A stretch of 64,000 nucleotides of DNA from Cyanobacteriota bacterium (lineage in GTDB: Bacteria > Cyanobacteriota > Cyanobacteriia > PCC-6307 > Cyanobiaceae). Of the stretch, positions 50,662-60,307 are shown piece after piece (the stretch's first letter is position 1; the number at the start of each line of letters is the position of its first letter). The notes beneath the pieces were generated by a model. The model was not told the DNA's origin and searched no databases. It was given only the letters and a program-made list of their open reading frames with translations. Location: positions 1,460-65,459 of the forward strand of contig CBFHOT010000003.1 in assembly GCA_965657465.1 (NCBI GenBank), in the 5' to 3' direction. Both the position numbers and the translations under genes were made by a program.

Positions 50662-50677
50662 TGTGACCAAAGGCACC
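50662..50677 (-). promoter_or_regulatory. CRP-type site upstream of the porin gene
   Basis: GGTGC-CTTTGG-TCACA on minus strand; TAGACC hexamer at 50618-50613. Confidence 0.5.
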
Positions 50678-50762
50678 GACCGACGTCAGCGGATGGAGTT
50701 CTGGCTGGCGTGGCTCGCTTGGGTGGCTGGATCTGACGCGGCTTGACCTGGTTGGCGGTCGT

Positions 50763-50906
50763 TCAGCGACGTCGCTGCACGCGGACGGGCACCAGCACCG
50801 GCTGCATCAAGCCGCCGCCGCCGTTGTCGTCATCGGAATCGGTCGTCAGCCAGAAGGCCAGGCCGAAGAGAGCGATCACGCCGGTGAACAGCAGCAGTTC
50901 CGCCAT
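50763..50906 (-). CDS. 47-aa single-TM small protein
   Basis: MAELLLFTGVIALFGLAFWLTTDSDDDNGGGGLMQPVLVPVRVQRRR. Confidence 0.75.
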   Translation of the reverse strand: MAELLLFTGVIALFGLAFWLTTDSDDDNGGGGLMQPVLVPVRVQRRR

Positions 50907-50988
50907 GACCCCGTTCCAGTTCGCACCACGGTAACTGTCCTGGAGGGTGTTGGTGTAGCCGCTGCTGCAGCTGGCGCGTTGCGCTGCT

Positions 50989-51630
50989 TCAGGCCAGGGG
51001 CGCCACGGCCAGGGCCAAGCCCGCCAGGCTGAGGCCACCGGCCAGCAGCAGCGTCCAGCGGCGGTTGATCCGGCTCAGCACCAGACCACTCACGCCCACC
51101 ACGGCGGCCGACGCGGCGGCGGCACCCAACCACCACAGGGCACCACCACTGGCTTCCTGGCCATGGAGCAGCGCGTGCACCGCCACCGCGGCTGCCACTA
51201 CGCTGCCGATCGCTCCGAGGGCCGGCGCCTGGCGTCCGCGGGCGCTCTGCAGCACCAGCAGCCCCACGGCCGACACGGCCAGGGCGGCCAGCACCTCGGC
51301 GGCGGGCAGATCGAGGCCGCTGGCCCCCAGCGTGCCGCCGATCAGGGCGCCACCCAGGGCGAACAGCAGCAGGCTGCGGCTGATGAACGAGGAGGCCGCG
51401 CCGACACCGAGCAGCAGCAGCAGGTGATCCAGGCCGAGCAGCGGATGGCTGGCACCAGCCGCCAGGCCTACCCCGGCGCCGCCGTGGGCGGAGGCGGGCA
51501 GAGCGGAGAGCAGGCTCAGGCCCAGGCCGGCGGCGGCGGGCAGGGCCAGCTGCTGCCAGGCCGGATGCCGAAGCGCTGCCGCTTGGTGTGCCGAGGGCTG
51601 CAGAGCCGTGGAGGACGAGGAAGAGGTCAT
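50989..51630 (-). CDS. hupE: HupE/UreJ family Co/Ni transporter
   Basis: ASA-HGG, GASHPLLGLDHLL, HALLHGQE; B12 riboswitch upstream implies cobalt. Confidence 0.92.
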   Translation of the reverse strand: MTSSSSSTALQPSAHQAAALRHPAWQQLALPAAAGLGLSLLSALPASAHGGAGVGLAAGASHPLLGLDHLLLLLGVGAASSFISRSLLLFALGGALIGGTLGASGLDLPAAEVLAALAVSAVGLLVLQSARGRQAPALGAIGSVVAAAVAVHALLHGQEASGGALWWLGAAAASAAVVGVSGLVLSRINRRWTLLLAGGLSLAGLALAVAPLA

Positions 51631-51673
51631 GGAACAGTCCGGTCCGCGCCGGGGCTGAAGGTGGGTGGGGGCT

Positions 51674-51836
51674 GGGGTGAGCGTTCTGACTGAGGGCGCT
51701 GTCGGCCGTTGTGGCGGACGCGACCATCACAGCTGCGGGACAGTGCCGGACTGGGTGAACCGCGCGGCGAACCGCTCGCTTTCACCTGCACCGGGCTTTC
51801 CTCGTTGCCTCGCCGGTGTGGCTGCCGGCGAACCCC
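51674..51836 (-). promoter_or_regulatory. Cobalamin (B12) riboswitch
   Basis: Minus strand GGTTCGCC..GAGGAAAGCCCGGTG..TCCGGCACTGTCCCGCAGCTGTGA..AGTCAGAACGC. Confidence 0.9.
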
Positions 51837-51860
51837 ATCTCAGTATCGACGGCCGGCGCC

Positions 51861-53063
<1,203 letters not shown>

Positions 53064-53070
53064 GGCCTCA

Positions 53071-53087
53071 CTGGGAACGGTTCCCAG
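53071..53087. promoter_or_regulatory. Palindromic Zur-like box before COG0523
   Basis: CTGGGAAC-G-GTTCCCAG perfect 8-1-8 inverted repeat, 7 nt from start codon. Confidence 0.55.
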
Positions 53088-53114
53088 ACCATAGGCTTTC
53101 TGCTCTGCACCGGG

Positions 53115-53534
53115 TCAGCCCGGCGCCAGCCGGCCCTGGCGCCGCTGGCAGTCGTGGCACAGCCCGAAGAATTCCAGGGTGTGAAACAGCGGCAGGAAAC
53201 CGCCCAGTTCGCCCTGGGGCAGCTCCAGGGCATGCACCGGGCAGTGGCTCAGCGGTTGGGTGGCGCCGCAGTCGACGCAGGTGAGGTGATGTTCATCCCG
53301 CTCCGTGGGGGCGAACAGGGCTTCGCCGCTGGGCAGGTGCCGGCAGCGCACCAACCCCCACTGCTGCAGCTGCCGCAGATGCCGGTACACCGTGGCCAGC
53401 CCCATCGGCTGGGGGCTGCCGCGCAGTTGAGCGTGGAGGTCCTGGCCTGACAGCTCTGCCGCCGCCGTGCGCAGGGCGGCGAGCAGTTGTTCCTGTCTGG
53501 CGCTGAGCTTGGGCCCCACAACTGCCGCTTCCAT
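53115..53534 (-). CDS. zur: Zinc uptake regulator (Fur family)
   Basis: MGLATVYR, DEHHLTCVDC, CPVH, FHTLEFFGLCHDC; zinc-uptake neighbourhood. Confidence 0.85.
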   Translation of the reverse strand: MEAAVVGPKLSARQEQLLAALRTAAAELSGQDLHAQLRGSPQPMGLATVYRHLRQLQQWGLVRCRHLPSGEALFAPTERDEHHLTCVDCGATQPLSHCPVHALELPQGELGGFLPLFHTLEFFGLCHDCQRRQGRLAPG

Positions 53535-53544
53535 CGGGGCTGTT

Positions 53545-54948
53545 CTAGCCCGCGGGCAGCCATTGCACCTGCCGCACCGGCGGCTGCAGCGGCCGCAGCT
53601 CCAGGCTCGCGGCATCGATCAGCACCGCCTGGGCCGGTGCCGGCGGGCGATCACCGGCGCTGCGGCGGCGCAGGGCCAGCAGCAGCTGGGCGGTGCTGGC
53701 ATCCCAGTGCAGGCCGGTGCCCGGCTCCAGCTCCCAGCCCTCCAGCCGGCGCCGCTGCAGCATCCGTCCGCGGCGATCGAGCGCCACCAGCTCCAGGCTG
53801 GGCTGGGCGCCACCGTCCTGCAGCAGCACCCAGATCCGCTCGCCATGGCGACTGCAGGCGCTGGCCAGCACCGCCGCTGCGCCGAGCCACAGCTGCCGCG
53901 GCGGTTGACCCGGTTCCACCAGCTCCAGCGAGCGCCGGAAGTCGGGCCAGTGGCGCAGCAGCAGCGCCCGCCCCGACCCTGGGCAGAAACTGCTGAGATC
54001 ACGGCTGCCCGGCAGGGTCTGGCGGCGCTGCTGCTGGGGTGGCAACACCTGCAGATGCAGCCCTTCGCCATCGGGCACCACCACAGCGCCACCGGCGGGC
54101 AGCAGCTGCATCGGGCCGCTGGCCTCAGCTTCCAGTTGCCGCCGCTGGCCATTCGGGCTGAGCAGCAGGGCCGTGCTGCTGGCCGGCTCCAGCCGGCCGC
54201 TCTGGATCAGCAGCTCTCCGGCCCGGTTGCTGCTGAGGTGGGCAAACAGCAGCCCCTCGCCCAACAGCGCCTGGCCGCCGCCGGCCTGGACCCGGTGCAG
54301 CTGGGCCAGGCTCCGCACCGCTGCCGGGCCCGTCAGGCCGCCATCGCCCGCCGCCAGTGGTTGCAGATCCCGTTGCTGCAGGGGGATCCGCCAGAGCTCC
54401 AGCAGCCCTGCGGCGTTGCGGTTGGCCAGGGCTACCCCGGAGCCATCCCCCAAGGGCTGCAGCTGCACGATCTCCCGCCACACCGGGCCCAGCGGTTGCC
54501 AGTGGCCATCGTTCTGCCGCAGCTGCAGCTGCTCGCCGCCCGCCACCGTCACCACCGCCAGGGGCCGTGGCCGTGGATCCCAGAGCCAGCGCTGCGGGCG
54601 CAGGGCCAGGCCCCGGCTGTCGAGGCCGGCGAGATCCAGCTGCAGGGGGGCATTCAGCTGTTGTCCCGGCGCCAGGCTCAGCTGCCAGCGGTTGCCGCTG
54701 CCCAGCCAGCGGTGGCTCAGCGGCGGTTGCAGCCGGCTGAGGCGCGCCAGGCTGGCGCCATCCATGGGTCGGCTGAAGCGCAGTTGCAGGGCTGCGGGGC
54801 CGGCGCTGGCGCTGGCGGTCTGCAGCTGCTCCAGCCGTGGCGGCAGCCGCAGCAGCAGTTGTTGCTGGCCGAGTGCCAGCAGCAGCGGCAGGCCGATGGC
54901 CAGCGCCAGTTGAGGCGGATGCAGCGCTGTCCTGGTGGGCGGGGTCAT
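53545..54948 (-). CDS. Hypothetical membrane-anchored protein (Ig-like start, possible beta-propeller)
   Basis: N-terminal TM, LRFSRPMD motif; overlaps upstream gene and abuts zur. Confidence 0.65.
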   Translation of the reverse strand: MTPPTRTALHPPQLALAIGLPLLLALGQQQLLLRLPPRLEQLQTASASAGPAALQLRFSRPMDGASLARLSRLQPPLSHRWLGSGNRWQLSLAPGQQLNAPLQLDLAGLDSRGLALRPQRWLWDPRPRPLAVVTVAGGEQLQLRQNDGHWQPLGPVWREIVQLQPLGDGSGVALANRNAAGLLELWRIPLQQRDLQPLAAGDGGLTGPAAVRSLAQLHRVQAGGGQALLGEGLLFAHLSSNRAGELLIQSGRLEPASSTALLLSPNGQRRQLEAEASGPMQLLPAGGAVVVPDGEGLHLQVLPPQQQRRQTLPGSRDLSSFCPGSGRALLLRHWPDFRRSLELVEPGQPPRQLWLGAAAVLASACSRHGERIWVLLQDGGAQPSLELVALDRRGRMLQRRRLEGWELEPGTGLHWDASTAQLLLALRRRSAGDRPPAPAQAVLIDAASLELRPLQPPVRQVQWLPAG

Positions 54949-55628
54949 GGTTCGAGCGGCCGCGCCGGCCGCGCCATGCTGCGGATCCGTGAGGGCACCA
55001 CCACCAGCCCTTCCCCCTCCCGCTCCAGCCGGCCCTCGATGGCCAGCCAGCGGTCGGCGGCGGGCAGGGCACCCGCGGGCCAGCGCACCGGCAGGCCCAC
55101 CGGGGTGGCATCGGCCAGGCAGCAGCGCACCAGCAGCCGGGCCAGCTGCGGTGGCCCATCCGGCATGGGCAGCACGAAGCCGCTGATCCGCACCGGTTCG
55201 CCGACGTGCAGGGCTGGGTCGGGATGGCTGCGCAGCAGGCGCACCCAGTCGGTGAGGCTGCGCTGGGCCGGCGGCACGGTGAAGCTCAGGCCCGGGTCGC
55301 TGCTGTCCTCCGATGGCCGCTGGCGTGCCAGCTCGGCGAAGGAGGGGTTGGGGGGCAGGGTCAGCATCAGGCCGGCGATCGCTGCGGTGGCTGCGGCGCT
55401 GAGGCTGCTGATCCGCAGCTCCTGGCGGGTGACCCTGCGGCCCGCCCGCAGCTCCTGCAGCGCCAGCAGCAGCTGCACCAGAGCCAGCAGCAGCAGCAGC
55501 CAGCCGGCGCCCTGCACCAGCGGATGGAAGATCGAGCGCAGCAGCAGATCCAGCCGCCCATCGCCGGCGCTGCGCAGCAGCACCAGCGCCCAGAGCCCCA
55601 GGGCCAGCGATCGGATCAGAGCCGCCAC
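54945..55628 (-). CDS. TIGR03943 / DUF1980 family putative permease subunit
   Basis: GEPVRISGFV, RCCLADATPVGL, WLAIEG; GTG start at 55628. Confidence 0.88.
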   Translation of the reverse strand: MAALIRSLALGLWALVLLRSAGDGRLDLLLRSIFHPLVQGAGWLLLLLALVQLLLALQELRAGRRVTRQELRISSLSAAATAAIAGLMLTLPPNPSFAELARQRPSEDSSDPGLSFTVPPAQRSLTDWVRLLRSHPDPALHVGEPVRISGFVLPMPDGPPQLARLLVRCCLADATPVGLPVRWPAGALPAADRWLAIEGRLEREGEGLVVVPSRIRSMARPARPLEP

Positions 55629-56602
55629 AGGTTCACCCACTGGCCGATCAGCAGCACCAGCACCGCCGCGCCGGCGCTGGTGAGCGCCAGCCCCTTGGGC
55701 CGGAACAGCAGCCCCAGCAGCCCCAGCAGCTTGAGGTCGATCACCGGCCCGAGCAGCAGGAAGGCCAGCACCGCACCGGGGGTCACCTGGGCGGCGAAGC
55801 CGAGGGCGAGAAAGGCATCGACGCTCGAGCACACCGACACCACCAGGCTGAGCAGCATCAGCGCCAGGATTGACAGCGTGGGCGCGCCGCCCACCGCCAG
55901 CAGCCACTGGCGCGGCAGCAGCGTCTGCACCAGGGCGGCGATGGCGCAGCCCGCCACCAGCAGCAGCGCCAGGTTGAGGAACTCGCGGCTGCTGTGACGG
56001 AGCAGCTCCGCCGGCGCTGGCCTGGGGTTGGTGGTGGGCGGTGGCGGTGCCGCCGGCCCGCCGCTCAGGCCGCCACCGATCAGGCCGCTGCGCCGCTCCA
56101 GCAGGCTGAGTTGAGCCAGGGGCTGGCTCAACCTGCGCTCCGCCAGCAGGTCAGCGCGCAGCAGTTCGCCGTCCGGCAGCAGCCGCAGCAGCAGCGCCAG
56201 CCCTAGGGCCACCAGCACGGCGCCGGCGGGGCGAGCCAGCAGCAGCCAGGGCTGATCGGGAAAGGCGGCCCAGGTGCTGGCCAGCACGATCGGATTGAGC
56301 ACCGGCGCGGCGAACAGGAAGCCCAGGGCCGTGCCGATCGGCGCTCCGCCCACCAGCAGCCGGCGCGCCACCGGCACATTGCCGCATTCGCAGGCCGGCA
56401 GCGCGAAGCCGAGGGCGGCGCCGGTCAAGGGGCCGCCCAGGGGGTGTGCCGGCAGGCGCTGCAGCCAGCTGCCGCCGGGATTGAGCCAGCGGGCCAGCGC
56501 CGCGATCAGCACCCCCAGCAGCAGGAAGGGCAGGGCTTCCAGCAGCAGACCCTGAAAGAGGGCCCAGGCGGTGCTGAGTTGCGCCAGGGCGGGAGCAGCC
56601 AT
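55616..56602 (-). CDS. Permease (DUF318/ArsP family)
   Basis: EALPFLLLG, PACECGNVP, APVLNP, SVCSSVDAF, GPVIDLK. Confidence 0.9.
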   Translation of the reverse strand: MAAPALAQLSTAWALFQGLLLEALPFLLLGVLIAALARWLNPGGSWLQRLPAHPLGGPLTGAALGFALPACECGNVPVARRLLVGGAPIGTALGFLFAAPVLNPIVLASTWAAFPDQPWLLLARPAGAVLVALGLALLLRLLPDGELLRADLLAERRLSQPLAQLSLLERRSGLIGGGLSGGPAAPPPPTTNPRPAPAELLRHSSREFLNLALLLVAGCAIAALVQTLLPRQWLLAVGGAPTLSILALMLLSLVVSVCSSVDAFLALGFAAQVTPGAVLAFLLLGPVIDLKLLGLLGLLFRPKGLALTSAGAAVLVLLIGQWVNLWRL

Positions 56603-56662
56603 CGGCCGGAGCAGCCACCGGCGGATTCTGCCCCTGCCGGCCAGGCTGTGGGGCCTCTAAAA

Positions 56663-56677
56663 TGAGAACCGTTATCG
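56663..56677. promoter_or_regulatory. Zur-like box in divergent permease/znuA promoter
   Basis: TGAGAACCGTTATCG, near-identical to the box at 62621. Confidence 0.68.
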
Positions 56678-56764
56678 ACTCGTGGTTCTGGGTTGATGGA
56701 TGGCAGCTCTCGGGTCTATGGCGGCTCTCGGGTCTGACGTGCGTCCTGCTCTCTGGTGTTGCTG

Positions 56765-57901
56765 ATGCCCCGTTCGTCTGGTCTGCCGCTGGTGCTGGTC
56801 AAACCCGCCTCCTGCGGCACGGCGACTCATCGAGCAGCGGCCCCAGGGAGCCGGGCGTTCTGGCGCGAATCGCGGGGGCCCATCCGCTGGCGACCCCTGC
56901 TGGCGCTGCTGCCCCTGGCGCCGCTGCTCGGCGCCTGCGTTGCTCCCTCGCCACCGCAGGCCACCGCGTCGCGCCTGCAGGTGGTCACCACCGCCCTGCC
57001 CCTCACCCTGCTCAGCCGCGCTGTGGCTGGCGACTGCGCTGAGGTGCAGGCGCTGATTCCGGAGGGTCTCGATCCCCATGACGTACAGGCCCGGCCCGCC
57101 GATCTGCTGCTGCTGCGCCGCGCCCGGGTTCTGGTGCGCAACGGCCTCGGGCTCGACGATTACGTGAAGCCCTGGATCACCTCGGCGGCCCCGCCGGATC
57201 TGCGGGTGGTGGACACCAGCCAGGGCGTGGCGGCCCTGCCCTCCGCGGCTGGAGATGCCGAGGCCGATGCTCCAGGCCGCGACCACGACCATGACCACGA
57301 CCAGGATCCAGGCGATCACAGCCCGGTCGAGCCCGACCAGCACGGCGATGAGCACCAGCATCGCCACAGCCATGGGCCGCTCAATCCCCACATCTGGCTC
57401 GATCCCCAGCGCGCCGAGCAGCAGCTCAACACCATCCGCGATGCCTTGGTGCAGGTGGATCCCGGCTGCGCCGCCACCTACCGGCGCAATGCCAGCGCCT
57501 ATGGGCAGCAGCTGCGTGCGCTGGATCGGCAGATCGCGGCGGAGCTCGCTCCATACCGCGGCCGCACCCTGGTGACCCACCACGACGTGCTGCCCTACTT
57601 CGCCCAGCGCTATGGCCTGCAGGCCGCGGCGCTGGTGGAGCAACCCGATCAGCCCCCCACTCCCGCCGATCTGCAGCGCATCAGCCGCCTGGCGCGCCAG
57701 CAGGGTCTCAGGGCTCTGCTCAGTGAACCGCCGCGCCCCAGCCGCTCCCTGGAGGCCCTGGCCCGCGACCTGGGGTTGCGGGTGCTCAGCTTCGATCCCC
57801 TGGAAACCGCCCCTGCAGCGGCCGCCGCTGATCCCGACACCTATCTGCGCGTGATGCGCAGCAACGCGGCAACGGTGCGTCAGGCCTTCGCCGGTCCCTG
57901 A
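56765..57901 (+). CDS. znuA: Zn/Mn ABC transporter substrate-binding lipoprotein with His-rich loop
   Basis: LLGAC lipobox, DPHD, NGLGLD, His/Asp loop, NPHIWLDP, THHD; start uncertain. Confidence 0.88.
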   Translation: MPRSSGLPLVLVKPASCGTATHRAAAPGSRAFWRESRGPIRWRPLLALLPLAPLLGACVAPSPPQATASRLQVVTTALPLTLLSRAVAGDCAEVQALIPEGLDPHDVQARPADLLLLRRARVLVRNGLGLDDYVKPWITSAAPPDLRVVDTSQGVAALPSAAGDAEADAPGRDHDHDHDQDPGDHSPVEPDQHGDEHQHRHSHGPLNPHIWLDPQRAEQQLNTIRDALVQVDPGCAATYRRNASAYGQQLRALDRQIAAELAPYRGRTLVTHHDVLPYFAQRYGLQAAALVEQPDQPPTPADLQRISRLARQQGLRALLSEPPRPSRSLEALARDLGLRVLSFDPLETAPAAAAADPDTYLRVMRSNAATVRQAFAGP

Positions 57902-57913
57902 CGGCTGAGGTCC

Positions 57914-58381
57914 TCAGCTCCGGAACCAGGGCGGTACCGCCTCGAAGCAGGCGGCGTTCTTCTCGTTCTCGCGCGCCTCCACCTTCCAGCAGCAGCAGCG
58001 GCCGCCGTCGCGCTGCAGCAGCAGGGCATTGGCCCACTCCCACACCAGGGCGGCGCTGGCTTCCATGCCCACGTTCTCCATCACCCGCAGGTCGAGGGCC
58101 CCCTGCTCGTGCAGCTGCCGCCAGGTGGGCAGCAGCGGATCGTCGGCATTCACCAGAAAGGTGTGATCAAACTGGTCGCTCAGCTGCCGCTCCAGATCCT
58201 GCAGGCTGGAGAAATCCACCACGAAGCCGTGGATGTCGAGGCTGGTGGCCCGGAACCAGACGGTGAAGCTGCGGCTGTAGCCATGCACGAAGCGGCAATG
58301 GCCCGCATGACGCCACTGGCGGTGGGTGCAGGGGTAGCCGCTGAAGCGCTTGCTGCAGGTGTACGACCCCGGTGTCGACAT
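57914..58381 (-). CDS. queD: 6-carboxytetrahydropterin synthase / PTPS family
   Basis: HRQ, CRFVHGY, VVDF, FDHTFL, ENEKN. Confidence 0.85.
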   Translation of the reverse strand: MSTPGSYTCSKRFSGYPCTHRQWRHAGHCRFVHGYSRSFTVWFRATSLDIHGFVVDFSSLQDLERQLSDQFDHTFLVNADDPLLPTWRQLHEQGALDLRVMENVGMEASAALVWEWANALLLQRDGGRCCCWKVEARENEKNAACFEAVPPWFRS

Positions 58382-58415
58382 GGTGGAAGATCGGTGCAGC
58401 GGCACCGCGGTGGCC

Positions 58416-59108
58416 TTGCAAGCATCATTTCAGCCTGAGACCCCTCGCCCCGATCCGGCGCTGATCGCCAGCCTGCGCTTCAACGAGGCCGGTCTGATTC
58501 CCGCCATCGCCCAGGACTGGCTCGATGGTGCCGTGCTGATGGTGGCCTGGATGAATCGCGAGGCCCTCGAGCGCACCATCGCCACCGGAGAGGTGCACTA
58601 CTGGAGCCGTTCGCGCCAGGAGCTGTGGCACAAGGGCGCCACCAGCGGCCACACCCAGGCCCTGCGCGAGCTGCGCTACGACTGCGATGCCGATGTGCTG
58701 CTGCTGACGATCGAGCAGCGCGGCGATGTGGCCTGCCACACCGGCGCCCGCAGCTGCTTCTACGACGCCGGTGCGGCCCCCAGCGCCGGTGGACCGGCCG
58801 CCGCTCCGCCACCGGCGGATGTGTGCACCGAGCTGATGCGGGTGATCGAAGGGCGGCGCGATCGGCCCGAACCCGGCAGCTACACCAACAAGCTGCTGGA
58901 GGGTGGCGATAACCGCATCCTCAAGAAGATCGGTGAGGAGAGTGCCGAGTTCGTGATGGCCTGCAAGGACGGTGATCCCGCTGAGATCGCCGGTGAAGCC
59001 GCCGACATCCTCTTCCACCTGCAGGTGGCGCTGGCCCATCACGGCGTCAGCTGGCGCGAGGTGCAGCAGGTGCTGGCCCGTCGCCGCGGCGCGCCCCGCC
59101 GGGAGTGA
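58416..59108 (+). CDS. hisIE: Bifunctional phosphoribosyl-AMP cyclohydrolase / phosphoribosyl-ATP diphosphatase
   Basis: [40 protein letters not shown]. Confidence 0.96.
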   Translation: MQASFQPETPRPDPALIASLRFNEAGLIPAIAQDWLDGAVLMVAWMNREALERTIATGEVHYWSRSRQELWHKGATSGHTQALRELRYDCDADVLLLTIEQRGDVACHTGARSCFYDAGAAPSAGGPAAAPPPADVCTELMRVIEGRRDRPEPGSYTNKLLEGGDNRILKKIGEESAEFVMACKDGDPAEIAGEAADILFHLQVALAHHGVSWREVQQVLARRRGAPRRE

Positions 59109-59208
59109 GGCCGGCTGGTGGTCGGCGGGGCTGGTGTCGGGCCATCGGCCCTGGGTCCTGCGCTGCCGCGTGACGACGGCGCCAGGCGTCTTAGCCTGGC
59201 GATGAGGC

Positions 59209-59223
59209 TGGAAACCGTTCTCG
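59209..59223. promoter_or_regulatory. Zur-like box upstream of znuC
   Basis: TGGAAACCGTTCTCG. Confidence 0.55.
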
Positions 59224-59370
59224 CACTCATGCATCGGGGTTAACGGCGGTGTCATGGGCGTTGCCATCGCCTGGCCCTGGTCTGCCCCCTCATTCATCCA
59301 ACCCAGCTGACCGCAGCCCAGGTTTTCCCAGCCCGTCGCTGCTTGCCTCGTTCCGCTCTCCAACGCCGCC

Positions 59371-60285
59371 TTGCCCTCTGATCGCCTGCCCGAACCCGTT
59401 CTGGAGGTCAGCGGCCTGACGGTGCTGCGCGGTCAGCGCCGCCAGCCAGGCGTGCTGCTGCCCTGGCCCCCCCGCTCGCCCCTTCACCCCACGGCGGATT
59501 CCGCTGCTGCTCCCCTGCCGCCGGCGCTGTTGCAGGAGGCGGCGGTGCTGGATGTGAGCTTCAGCCTGAACCCGGAAACCGACACCGCCCTGGTGGGGCC
59601 CAACGGCGCCGGCAAGAGCACCCTGGTTCAGGCGCTGCTCGGTATCCTGCCCCGCCAGGCGGGTGAGGTGCGCTTGCTCGGGGCGCCGCTCTCGCCCCAG
59701 GGGCAGCTGCCGCCAGCCATCCGCGCCCAGGTGGCCTACCTGCCGCAGCAGCTGCCGATCAGCGGCCGCTTTCCGCTGACGGTGGCCGAATTCGTGGGGC
59801 TGGGCTGGGAGCCCAGCGGTCTGCGGCTGCCCTGGGCCGGCCGCCGGGGCCGGCAGGCGGCGGTGCGGCAGGCCCTGGCCCGCACCAGCTGCAGCGACCT
59901 CGCCTCGCGCCTCGTCAGCGCGCTCTCCACCGGCCAGTGGAAGCGGGTGCTGCTCGCCTTCTGTGTGGTGCGGCCGCGGCGGCTGCTGGTGCTCGACGAG
60001 GCCCAGGCCGGTCTCGATCCCCAGGCCGCCGAGCAGTTCCAAAGCCTGCTGTTCGATCTGCGCCGCAGCGAGGGCTGGGCGGTGCTGCAGATTTCCCACG
60101 ATCTCGACATGGTGCGCCGCACCTGCGATCGGGTGATCTGCCTCAACCGCAGCCTGCGCTGCGTCGGCAGCCCGGACCACGCCCTCAGCCCGCCCCAGCT
60201 GGAGCGGCTCTACGGCCGCGGTTACGTGCCCTATCACCACCCTCACCACGGGGCTCAGGCCAGCGCCACGCCGCCGCAGCCCTGA
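59371..60285 (+). CDS. znuC: Zn/Mn ABC transporter ATP-binding protein
   Basis: GPNGAGKST, YLPQ, LSTGQ, VLDE, ISHDL, C-terminal YHHPHH. Confidence 0.88.
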   Translation: MPSDRLPEPVLEVSGLTVLRGQRRQPGVLLPWPPRSPLHPTADSAAAPLPPALLQEAAVLDVSFSLNPETDTALVGPNGAGKSTLVQALLGILPRQAGEVRLLGAPLSPQGQLPPAIRAQVAYLPQQLPISGRFPLTVAEFVGLGWEPSGLRLPWAGRRGRQAAVRQALARTSCSDLASRLVSALSTGQWKRVLLAFCVVRPRRLLVLDEAQAGLDPQAAEQFQSLLFDLRRSEGWAVLQISHDLDMVRRTCDRVICLNRSLRCVGSPDHALSPPQLERLYGRGYVPYHHPHHGAQASATPPQP

Positions 60286-60307
60286 GTCGTTTCCACCGCC
60301 CCTCGCC

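Noticed and set aside
50634-50700. Yfr1-like sRNA gene (TCACAC plus terminator)
   Set aside because: Lacks the full ACTCCTCACAC motif; better explained as a CRP-type site next to a terminator.
53467-55683. 738-aa plus-strand ORF
   Set aside because: No motifs; lies antisense to motif-bearing minus-strand genes.
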